A model generated the notes under the pieces. It was given only the letters and a program-made list of their open reading frames with translations. It did no database searches and was not told the origin of the DNA. A program made the translations under genes and the position numbers. Shown here piece after piece: positions 9,611 to 17,390 of a stretch of DNA of 64,000 nt (position 1 is the stretch's first letter; each line of letters opens with the position of its first letter). This stretch comes from Deltaproteobacteria bacterium (GTDB lineage Bacteria; Myxococcota_A; UBA9160; SMWR01). Where the stretch lies: NCBI GenBank assembly GCA_032128115.1, contig JAQBHB010000093.1, positions 96,001 through 160,000 of the forward strand, written 5' to 3'.

Positions 9611-10234
9611 ATGACGGCGGCGGCGATCGGTTACAGCATCCTGGAAAGCGAGCTGGGACATCTGTTGGTGGCGGCGACCCGTCGCGGCGTATGCCGGGTG
9701 CGCTTCGGTCAAGGAGCCGCGCTCCTGGTGGCGGCCCTGCGCGACGAGTTCCCGTTCGCCGAGATCCACCCGGAGCCCGCGCGTCTGGAGCCCTGGGTGG
9801 CGGCCTTCCGGGCGTACCTGGAGGGGCGTGCGGCACACCTGGACGTGCCCCTGGACGTACGCGCCAGCCAGTTCCAGCGCCGCGTCTGGGATGCGCTCCA
9901 GTCGATCCCGTACGGGTGCACGCGCTCCTACTCGGAGGTGGCCCGTCAGGTGGGACAGCCCCGGGCTGCCCGCGCCGTGGCAAAGGCCTGCGGCGCCAAT
10001 CCGGTGGCGCTGGCGGTGCCGTGCCACCGGGTGGTGGCCAAGGGCGGAGACGTGGGCGGCTACCACTGGGGCGTCGAGCGCAAGCGCTGGCTCCTCCGCA
10101 TGGAGGCGGGCGAGGTCGCGGTCGCTCCTCCGCATGGAGGCGGGCGAGGTCGTGGCCGCACAACGACCCCTGCTTCCGCTTCGCTCGCGGGTCAATTCGG
10201 CCGCTGCAGATCGATCTCGAGGATGGCCCGCTGA
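9611..10234 (+). CDS. ogt: Methylated-DNA--protein-cysteine S-methyltransferase
   Basis: FQRRVWDAL, IPYG, ARAVA, active-site PCHRV, GGYHWG. SD GGAGG before ATG 9611. The 3' end is altered by a 34-bp duplication. Confidence 0.92.
   Translation: MTAAAIGYSILESELGHLLVAATRRGVCRVRFGQGAALLVAALRDEFPFAEIHPEPARLEPWVAAFRAYLEGRAAHLDVPLDVRASQFQRRVWDALQSIPYGCTRSYSEVARQVGQPRAARAVAKACGANPVALAVPCHRVVAKGGDVGGYHWGVERKRWLLRMEAGEVAVAPPHGGGRGRGRTTTPASASLAGQFGRCRSISRMAR
10090..10152. repeat. Direct repeat, 29-bp identical core with 34-bp period, at the ogt 3' end
   Basis: GCTCCTCCGCATGGAGGCGGGCGAGGTCG at 10090-10118 and 10124-10152. Confidence 0.95.
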
Positions 10235-10587
10235 TGGATGCGACCACTCAGGCGCGAAAGCGCGTTGGTGAGCCGCATCTGCCAGCCGTATTTCCGGAGC
10301 AGGGCGTCATAGGCGGCGGCGACGCTGTCGGGATCGTCCGTCCGACGAGCCGATCCCTCGAGCCACGGGCCCTTGATCCCGCCGCGCACGCCACAGGCGG
10401 CAACCCGCACCCTCGGGTCGTTGCGCAGTCGTTTCAACTTGCCCGCATCTTCCGCCGTGAAGACGTAGAGCCGCCCAGCGTGCGCCGCGAACCACACGGG
10501 CGTCTCGACGGCATTTCCGTTGCGCCGAAAGGTCGCCAGGCTGATGTAGGCTTCGCGGTCCAGGGCGGTCAGAGGCGTGTCGTCCAC
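10192..10587 (-). CDS. PPOX-class probable F420-dependent oxidoreductase
   Basis: YISLATFRRNGNAVETPVWF, GKLKRLRNDPRVRVAAC, LLRKYG. Confidence 0.88.
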   Translation of the reverse strand: MDDTPLTALDREAYISLATFRRNGNAVETPVWFAAHAGRLYVFTAEDAGKLKRLRNDPRVRVAACGVRGGIKGPWLEGSARRTDDPDSVAAAYDALLRKYGWQMRLTNALSRLSGRIHQRAILEIDLQRPN

Positions 10588-10691
10588 AGGGCATCTCCCG
10601 AAGTGGTGCGCGGCGGGAATCTACCGCAGGGGCGCGGCATCGGGCCCGCTTCCCGGGTTCCCTATCCACCCGCCAGCGAGTAGACTGGGGC

Positions 10692-11336
10692 GTGGGGCAA
10701 GCACAGCAGGGCGGCGGATCGGAGCAGGGCGGCGGACCGGAAGTGGACGGCCCCGGATCGCCCGGACCCGGCGCGGCGGGCCGCCTGGGTCGGGCCGCGA
10801 GGGAGATGCTCAGGCGCTCGTGGTCGAATCCCGCCTACCGCTTCGTGGTCCTGTTCCTGGTTTATCTCGGCGCGCTGGCCGCCGTTTATCCCGTGCTGAA
10901 ACAGCGATTCCTGTTCGTATTCAAGGCCATGATCCTGGGTACGGCGAAGGTCGAGTACTGGATCTTCAGCCTGTTCAGTTCGGATGTGACCCTGTCCGAG
11001 CGTCTGGTCTCCTTCGGCGGTTTCCCCATCAAGATCATCGAGGAGTGCACCGGAATCTACGAGATCCTGATCTTCTCAGCGGCCGTGCTGGCGTTTCCCA
11101 CCAGCTGGCGGAAGCGCGGCCTGGGATTCGCGCTCGGGATTCCGACCATCTACTTCTTCAACGTGGTCCGGATCGCGTTCCTGATCGTGGTGGGGCGATA
11201 CCATCGCGAAAGCTTCGACTTCATGCACCTGTACTTCTGGCAGGCCAGCATGATCGCGATGATCACGACCGTCTGGCTGTTGTGGATCGTGAAGGTGGTC
11301 CGAGATGACGAGGCGGCCCTGGCTGCTTCTTCTTGA
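10692..11336 (+). CDS. Exosortase/archaeosortase family transpeptidase (XrtH-like)
   Basis: Cys-Arg-His triad in EECTG, FNVVRI and FMHLYFWQ, plus AAVLAFP. Alternative start at ATG 10806. Confidence 0.88.
   Translation: MGQAQQGGGSEQGGGPEVDGPGSPGPGAAGRLGRAAREMLRRSWSNPAYRFVVLFLVYLGALAAVYPVLKQRFLFVFKAMILGTAKVEYWIFSLFSSDVTLSERLVSFGGFPIKIIEECTGIYEILIFSAAVLAFPTSWRKRGLGFALGIPTIYFFNVVRIAFLIVVGRYHRESFDFMHLYFWQASMIAMITTVWLLWIVKVVRDDEAALAASS
10705..10740. repeat. 18-bp tandem repeat x2
   Basis: AGCAGGGCGGCGGATCGG then AGCAGGGCGGCGGACCGG. Confidence 0.85.
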
Positions 11337-11820
11337 GTTCTTTGCCATCACGCTTCCCCTGGCGTGGCTCTGGGACATCTGGGGCCGGGACGTGTACCTC
11401 GACTCCTTTCGCGCCGTGACCACTCCCCTGCTGGAGCAGTTCGGCGTCGAACGGATTCCCGAGAAGCTGGTGCGGAATCGCTTTCTCAATCTGACGCCGT
11501 TCGTGGCTCTGATGGCGATCACGCCCGGGCTCGCCTGGCGGCGGCGTGTGCTTGGAACACTTGCCGGACTCGGGGCGCTATTCGTGGGTCACATGGCCCT
11601 GGTGATCGTCGGCTTCCACGTGATCGCGCGGCTGGGGGGCTCGGCGGATGCCTACGCCGCGCTGCTCCCGGCCGTGTTGATCTCCGAAAGCCTCCCCTTC
11701 CTGTTGTGGGCCGCCATCGCCCACGAATTCGTCGGGGGCCTGGCCGCCCGCGCGCTGGGACGGGTCCGGCTCGACCCGCGGCTGCCGGCGCGGAGTTCAG
11801 ACACCGAGCCGGAATCGTGA
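11305..11820 (+). CDS. Exosortase-associated membrane protein
   Basis: About four TM segments, NLTPFVALMAITP, SLPFLLW. Overlaps the exosortase stop. Confidence 0.7.
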   Translation: MTRRPWLLLLEFFAITLPLAWLWDIWGRDVYLDSFRAVTTPLLEQFGVERIPEKLVRNRFLNLTPFVALMAITPGLAWRRRVLGTLAGLGALFVGHMALVIVGFHVIARLGGSADAYAALLPAVLISESLPFLLWAAIAHEFVGGLAARALGRVRLDPRLPARSSDTEPES

Positions 11821-13895
11821 GCCATCCGATCGTTGCGGAAGAGCTGGTGCTGCTCGAAGGCGTCTGCTCGGGCCTGGCGCGGGGGCCGACGTCTCGGGTT
11901 CCGTCGGAAACTGCCATCGTGCGCGAGTTGGAACGCCTGCGCGAGCTGTTGTTCTCGGGGGCCGAGAGCAAGGACGCAGTGGCGCTTCGCGATCAGTGGC
12001 ACCGGCAGAACTCGCTGCTGAAGCAGCTGCGGCTGTCCCGTCAGGCGCCCGTCGTCGATCCGGCCTCGCCGTATTTCGCGCATCTGCGACTTCGCGAGGG
12101 CGACGGTGAGCGGGATCTGTGCATCGGACGCGCCACCTTCGTTCGCGATGGGATCCGTATCGTCGACTGGCGGAACGCGCCCATCTCGCGCCTCTTCTAC
12201 CGCTACCAGCAGGGCGACGACTATGAGGAGGAGTTTGGAGGCCGCGTGCGGGCGGGTCTGGTGGTCGCTCGGCGCTCGCTGACGATCCGCGACGCCAGCC
12301 TGCTGCGAGTCGAGGCGCCCGAGGGCGCCTTCGAGCGCAAGCCGGGGCATGCGGACGCTTGGCGCCAGCTGGAGCGGGAGGCGCCCCGGTTGGCCGGGGG
12401 CGAATCCTCTGCCCTGCGGGCCCACGGTCTTGGCGAATCGGCAGCGCGCAGCCTGGGCACGGACCTGCTGGGCGGGCGCAGGCGGGCCGACAAGCGGCTG
12501 CCCGAGATCACAGGCCTCATCGACCCGGAGCAGTTCGATCTGATCGCGCGCCCGTCGTCGGGATTCCTGGTGATCCGGGGCACAGCCGGCTCCGGGAAGA
12601 CGACAGTGGCCCTGCACCGGATCGCGTATCTGACCTACGACGACGCGTCCATCAATTCGGGGCGCACCCTGTTCGCGGTGTTCTCGCCCGCGCTCCGCAA
12701 CTACGTGGGGCACGTGCTGCCCGCCCTGGGCGTCGATCGCGTGCGCATCGTCACCTACCGGGACTGGGCCAGCGAACAGCGTCGGCGCCACTTTCCGGCG
12801 CTGCCCACTGCCGCGCGCGAGGACACGCCGGCGATCGTTCGGCGCCTGAAGTTGCACCCGGCCCTGGACGTAGCCCTGGAAGAGCATGTGCGCGCGACGC
12901 CCGCTGCCGGGTCGGGGACCCAGGCCCTGGACGACTGGGCCAGCGTGCTCACACGCGAGTCTCTACTGTTGGAGGTCTGCGAGCGGGAGGCGCCGGGTGA
13001 GTTCTCCGAAGCACAGATCCGGTCGTTCGTGGAGTGGAACCGGCGCAGCAACGAGGCTCTCGCCGAAGGCCAGCGGGGTGATGCGGAATCCCCGGCGGAG
13101 CTGGATGCGGAAGACGACACCCTGCTGCTGCGCGCCTGGCAGCTGCGTGTGGGGCCCCTCCGGGCGGGCGGACAGCGTCCCCTGCGGTATCGACACGTGG
13201 CGGTGGACGAGGTGCAGGACTTCTCGCCGCTGGAGGTGCGCGTGCTGCTCCAGTGTCTGGACGAACGCCGCAGTATCACGCTGGCGGGGGACTCCCAGCA
13301 GCATCTGGTGTCGCAGAGTGGGTTCAACTCGTGGACCGACTTCCTGTATCGACTGGGCGTCCCCGGTACCGAGATCGAAACCCTGAGGATCGCCTACCGG
13401 TCCTCCCAGGAGATCGTGGAATTCGCGCGCTCGGTCCTGGGTGCGCTCGTCGAGGACGAAGAGCCTCCGGTCGTGACTCGCCGGGGTCCCCCGGTGGAGC
13501 TGTTTCGCTTCAGCGATCGGGGCGCCTGTGTGGCGTTTCTTGCGGATGCCCTGAAGCGACTGGTGCGCGAGGAGCCCCTGGCTTCGGTGGCCGTGCTGAC
13601 CCCCTCGCGCGAGTTGAGCGCCCTCTACCACAGAGGCCTCGAGGGCAGCGATCTGGCCCCGCTGCGTCTCGTCGAGAGCCAGGATTTCACGTTCGCGCCC
13701 GGCGTCGAGGTAACCGAGGTCGAGCAGGTCAAGGGGCTCGAGTTCGACTACGTGATCGTGACCGACGTGAACCGGGATCGGTTTCCCGATTCGCCACAGG
13801 CCCGACGTCTCCTTCACGTGGCCGCGACCCGCGCCGTGCACCAGCTGTGGCTGGTGAGCGTGGGAACCCCGTCTTCCCTGCTGGATGGGTGCTGA
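11817..13895 (+). CDS. HelD-like / UvrD superfamily-1 helicase-fold ATPase
   Basis: SPYFAHL and IVDWRNAPISRLFY (HelD-like N-terminus), GTAGSGKTTVALHRIAYL, VDEVQDFS, AGDSQQ, VKGLEFD, VAATRA. GTGA coupling at 11817-11820. Confidence 0.88.
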   Translation: MSHPIVAEELVLLEGVCSGLARGPTSRVPSETAIVRELERLRELLFSGAESKDAVALRDQWHRQNSLLKQLRLSRQAPVVDPASPYFAHLRLREGDGERDLCIGRATFVRDGIRIVDWRNAPISRLFYRYQQGDDYEEEFGGRVRAGLVVARRSLTIRDASLLRVEAPEGAFERKPGHADAWRQLEREAPRLAGGESSALRAHGLGESAARSLGTDLLGGRRRADKRLPEITGLIDPEQFDLIARPSSGFLVIRGTAGSGKTTVALHRIAYLTYDDASINSGRTLFAVFSPALRNYVGHVLPALGVDRVRIVTYRDWASEQRRRHFPALPTAAREDTPAIVRRLKLHPALDVALEEHVRATPAAGSGTQALDDWASVLTRESLLLEVCEREAPGEFSEAQIRSFVEWNRRSNEALAEGQRGDAESPAELDAEDDTLLLRAWQLRVGPLRAGGQRPLRYRHVAVDEVQDFSPLEVRVLLQCLDERRSITLAGDSQQHLVSQSGFNSWTDFLYRLGVPGTEIETLRIAYRSSQEIVEFARSVLGALVEDEEPPVVTRRGPPVELFRFSDRGACVAFLADALKRLVREEPLASVAVLTPSRELSALYHRGLEGSDLAPLRLVESQDFTFAPGVEVTEVEQVKGLEFDYVIVTDVNRDRFPDSPQARRLLHVAATRAVHQLWLVSVGTPSSLLDGC

Positions 13896-14703
13896 GTTCC
13901 GTTCGCAGCGGGCGTCGCCGCCGCAGGGAGCGCGCATTCCGCGCGCAGGCGTGAGCCGTGTCACGAAGGCGCATCGGATCCCCGCCGAAGAGCCAGCCGA
14001 CATGAGGCTGGCGAAACATGACGAATTCGATCGCACCCGCATCCTCGCCGCGGCAGCGCAGGCGCGGGTCAAGAAGCGCACTCGCCGGGCAATTGCCCTG
14101 TATCGCTTTGCCCTGGCGGCGGAGCCGCGAAACACCGGGCTTCACGCCAAGCTGGCGCCGTTGCTGGCCGAGGTGGGTGAGGAGTTCGACGCCTGGTTGA
14201 GTTTTCGCGCGACAGCACAGGCCGCTCTCCGCGAAGGCAAGACCGAGCGGGCCCTGGGCGTCTACCGGGAAGCCGCGCACTACCTGCCGGGCGACTACCG
14301 CGTGTGGGAATGCATGGCCCGTCTCCAGAAGAAGCGCCGACGCGACGGCGAGGCCATCGAGCTGCTGCTGGAGGGCAGTCGCCAGCTGCAAAAGCGCCGG
14401 CGACGGCCCGAGGCGATCTACCTGCTGCGCAGGGGGCGGGAGGTGGCGCCCTGGGATTTTCGGACGGTGTTCGCGCTGGCGCGGCTGCTGGCCAGCCACA
14501 AGCAGGGGGAGGAGGCGCGACTGCTGCTGATGGGATTGGCCGCCCGATCGCAGGGGCGGGATCTTCGCCGCGTTCGCGGCGCCGAGTGCCGCCTGGCACC
14601 CGGATTCGGTTCCCTGTGGCGCTGGATCCGCGCCGCTACGGGCGCCGACGTCCGTCAGGCCGGCTCGCGAGCCTGGCCCAGCCTCCGCTCCGGTTCCGCG
14701 TAG
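13885..14703 (+). CDS. Basic TPR-like helical repeat protein
   Basis: Repeated A-I-x-L-Y / A-L-x-x-Y helix pairs. Overlaps the helicase stop. Start could instead be 13951 or 14002. Confidence 0.6.
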   Translation: MGAEFRSQRASPPQGARIPRAGVSRVTKAHRIPAEEPADMRLAKHDEFDRTRILAAAAQARVKKRTRRAIALYRFALAAEPRNTGLHAKLAPLLAEVGEEFDAWLSFRATAQAALREGKTERALGVYREAAHYLPGDYRVWECMARLQKKRRRDGEAIELLLEGSRQLQKRRRRPEAIYLLRRGREVAPWDFRTVFALARLLASHKQGEEARLLLMGLAARSQGRDLRRVRGAECRLAPGFGSLWRWIRAATGADVRQAGSRAWPSLRSGSA

Positions 14704-14765
14704 TACTTCGGGCCCCGCGACGCGGGCCTCCCTTTCCGAGTCGTGCGTCCTACTCTCCAGGGTCG

Positions 14766-16283
14766 ATGGCGGTGTTTTGCGCGGGGCTCACGGGCTTCTG
14801 GGTGTTGCTGGCGGCTGCGGCGGCGACGGCCACCCCCAATGTGATCAGTCTTCGGCCGAAGGCCGAGGCCGGCGACCCGCTTGCGCAGTATCAGCTGGCC
14901 AGCCTCTACGTGCTGGGGGAGGGCGTGAGCCAGAACTACCCCTCGGCCGTGCTGTGGTACCGGCGGGCCGCAGAACAGGGCCATGCCCCATCCCAGTTCA
15001 ACCTGGCCATGCTGATCGAAAAGGGGCAGGGCGCGGAACGGAACCCGGACGTGGCCCTGGGCTGGTTCCGGAAGGCCGCCGACAACGGATTCGATCGGGC
15101 CCAGCACTTTCTTGGCGCCGCGCACTGGGAAGGTCGCGGTGTCGAGAAGGATCCCGCCCGGGCGATCGACTGGTACACCAGGGCGGCCGAACAGGGCTAC
15201 GCCGCGTCTCAGTTCAACCTGGGCGTGATCTACTCACAGGGCGAGGGCGTCCCGCGCGATCTGAACGCGGGGATCTCCTGGCTCCGCAAGTCGGCGGAGC
15301 AGGCTCACGCCGCCGCCCAGCACGCCCTGGGCGTCGCCTATCTGTCGGGGGAGGGAGTCGAACGCGACGTGCCCACGGGCCTGCGCTGGATCCGCAAGGC
15401 CGCCGACCAGGATCACTCCGCGGCCCAGTATTACCTGGCGGCAGCCTACGCACGCGGTGACGGGGTCGAGGTGAACGAGGCGGAAGCCATGCGCTGGGCG
15501 CGCAAGGCGGCGGATCAGGGCATGGCCGACGCCCAGTACCAGATGGGCGTTGCGTACCTGTCCGGCCGGGTCCTGCCGATGAACGCCTCGGATGCCGCGC
15601 GCTGGATGCGAAAGGCGGCCGAGCAGGGACACGCGGGCGCCCAGCTCCAGCTGGCGCGCGCGTACGGGACGGGTAGCGGCGTTGCCAAGAACGAGTCCGA
15701 GGCCTTGCGCTGGCTGATCCTGGCGGCCGAGCAGGACAACGCCGACGCGCAGTTCGAGGTGGGTGTGCGCTACGCCGGCGGGATCGGGACCGAAATCGAC
15801 GAAAAGGAGGCCTTCAAATGGTTCCGCAAGGCCGCCAGCTCCGAACATCCCGGCGCCAACTTCAACCTCGCGTTCATGTTCGAGGAGGGCAAGGGCACGC
15901 GAGTGGACAAGAAGCGCGCCCTCAAGCGCTACCGGAAGGCCGCCGAGCTGGGCCACGCCAAGGCTCAATTCAGGCTCGGGATGATCTACAGCGACGGGTT
16001 GACGCTGGACAAGGACCCCGCCCAGGCGGCGAGCTGGTTGGAGAAATCGGCGGAACAGGGCTTCCCCAACGCCCAATACCTGTTGGCCGGTTTCTATTCC
16101 CGGGGCGATGGCGTGGAGCCCGATCCCGCACAGGCCTACAAGTGGCTGAGCCTCGCCGCCGACGGGGAACTGGAAGGCCTCGCGGAGCAGCTGACCGCGT
16201 TCGAGCAGTCGCTGGCGACGGAAGACGTGAAGCGCGGGCAGGCCCTCGCCGCCCAGTGGCGGGCGGCGCATCCGAAGCCCTGA
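14766..16283 (+). CDS. Secreted Sel1-repeat protein (about 12 repeats)
   Basis: Signal peptide followed by 36-aa repeats of the form AAEQGxxxAQFxLGxxYxxGxGVxxDxxxAxxW. Confidence 0.93.
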   Translation: MAVFCAGLTGFWVLLAAAAATATPNVISLRPKAEAGDPLAQYQLASLYVLGEGVSQNYPSAVLWYRRAAEQGHAPSQFNLAMLIEKGQGAERNPDVALGWFRKAADNGFDRAQHFLGAAHWEGRGVEKDPARAIDWYTRAAEQGYAASQFNLGVIYSQGEGVPRDLNAGISWLRKSAEQAHAAAQHALGVAYLSGEGVERDVPTGLRWIRKAADQDHSAAQYYLAAAYARGDGVEVNEAEAMRWARKAADQGMADAQYQMGVAYLSGRVLPMNASDAARWMRKAAEQGHAGAQLQLARAYGTGSGVAKNESEALRWLILAAEQDNADAQFEVGVRYAGGIGTEIDEKEAFKWFRKAASSEHPGANFNLAFMFEEGKGTRVDKKRALKRYRKAAELGHAKAQFRLGMIYSDGLTLDKDPAQAASWLEKSAEQGFPNAQYLLAGFYSRGDGVEPDPAQAYKWLSLAADGELEGLAEQLTAFEQSLATEDVKRGQALAAQWRAAHPKP

Positions 16284-16298
16284 GAAGGCCGCGGCCAG

Positions 16299-17390
16299 TC
16301 ACCCCGTCGCAGCGCGAATCGCGTCGAGCGACTCGAGAAACAACTCCACCCGTCGAAGCTGGGCCCGACAGCGCTCCAGGTTGTGGCCCTCCCGGTGGAT
16401 TCGGAAGTACACGTCTCCCGCCAGGTGATCGCTGAGGAATCGCACCGCGTTCTCGAGTGCCAGGGCCGGGCCGGCGGCGGGCAGCGCGTCGATCTCGTGG
16501 TCGCTGAGGAGCGCCGCCGCGCCCTCGCGGTAGCCCCGGGCCAGGGCCCTGAGCAGGTCCAGGTCCACGTGCATGCGCGAGCGCTCGGTCTCGTCTTCCC
16601 GAAAGGGACATGCGCCGGTGCGAACCAGCTCGCCGAAGTCGCACAGCACCGTGCCGTCCATCACCGTGTCCAGGTCGATCACGCATAGGGCCTCGCCGGT
16701 GCCCGCATCCAGGAGCACGTTGTTGATCTTGCAATCGTTGTGCAGCGTGCGACGGGGCAGGCGATCGGCTCCCACCTCCGTCAGGAGTCGGCTCACGCGA
16801 CCGCGCAGGGCCTCGCAGGATTCGATCTCCCGGGAAGCGGCTCGTGCGCGACCGCGGATGTCTTCGGCCACGGCGGAGGCCAGGGCCTCCACCCGTTTCG
16901 CAAGGTCGTGAAAGTGCGGAATCGTCGTCGCCAGGGCGGGCGGGGGGAGATCCGACAGGTCGGCGGCGAACACTCCGAAGGCGTGCGCCACCCGGTGGGC
17001 CTGGTCGGGGCTCTGGATGGCGTCGAGGCTTTGCGTTCCCTCGATGTAGAGGAAGCTGCGCCAGCTGTCGCCCTCGGGTCCGGTGAACGACGGGTGTCCT
17101 TCACGGGTCGGGATCAGACGAAGGCAGCGGCGCTCCGCGTCCGCGATGTTTCGAGTCGCCAGCTTCCCACGCAGGTGATCCGTGACGCGCGTGAGATTGC
17201 GCATGAGGGCACGGGGATCGCGGAAGACCCGGGTGTTGATGCGCTGGTGGACGTAGCGGACCGCGGAGCCGTCGTGATCGTACGTGGCGACCCAGGTTTC
17301 GTGGATGTGCCCACTCCCCAGCCGCAGGCCCCCGCGCAAGTCGCCCGGGATTTCGAAGGCCCCGGCAATCGCCTGGAGCGTGTCACTCAT
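16299..17390 (-). CDS. Aminoglycoside-phosphotransferase-fold sugar kinase (N-acetylhexosamine 1-kinase-like)
   Basis: GSGHIHET, QRINTRVF, TIPHFHD, HNDCKINN, VIDLDTVM, DFGELVR, RFLSDHLAGDVYF. Confidence 0.85.
   Translation of the reverse strand: MSDTLQAIAGAFEIPGDLRGGLRLGSGHIHETWVATYDHDGSAVRYVHQRINTRVFRDPRALMRNLTRVTDHLRGKLATRNIADAERRCLRLIPTREGHPSFTGPEGDSWRSFLYIEGTQSLDAIQSPDQAHRVAHAFGVFAADLSDLPPPALATTIPHFHDLAKRVEALASAVAEDIRGRARAASREIESCEALRGRVSRLLTEVGADRLPRRTLHNDCKINNVLLDAGTGEALCVIDLDTVMDGTVLCDFGELVRTGACPFREDETERSRMHVDLDLLRALARGYREGAAALLSDHEIDALPAAGPALALENAVRFLSDHLAGDVYFRIHREGHNLERCRAQLRRVELFLESLDAIRAATG

Noticed and set aside
11817..13895. Helicase as part of an anti-phage defence island
   Set aside because: It has a HelD-like architecture, with no nuclease, DNA methylase or mobile-element neighbours.
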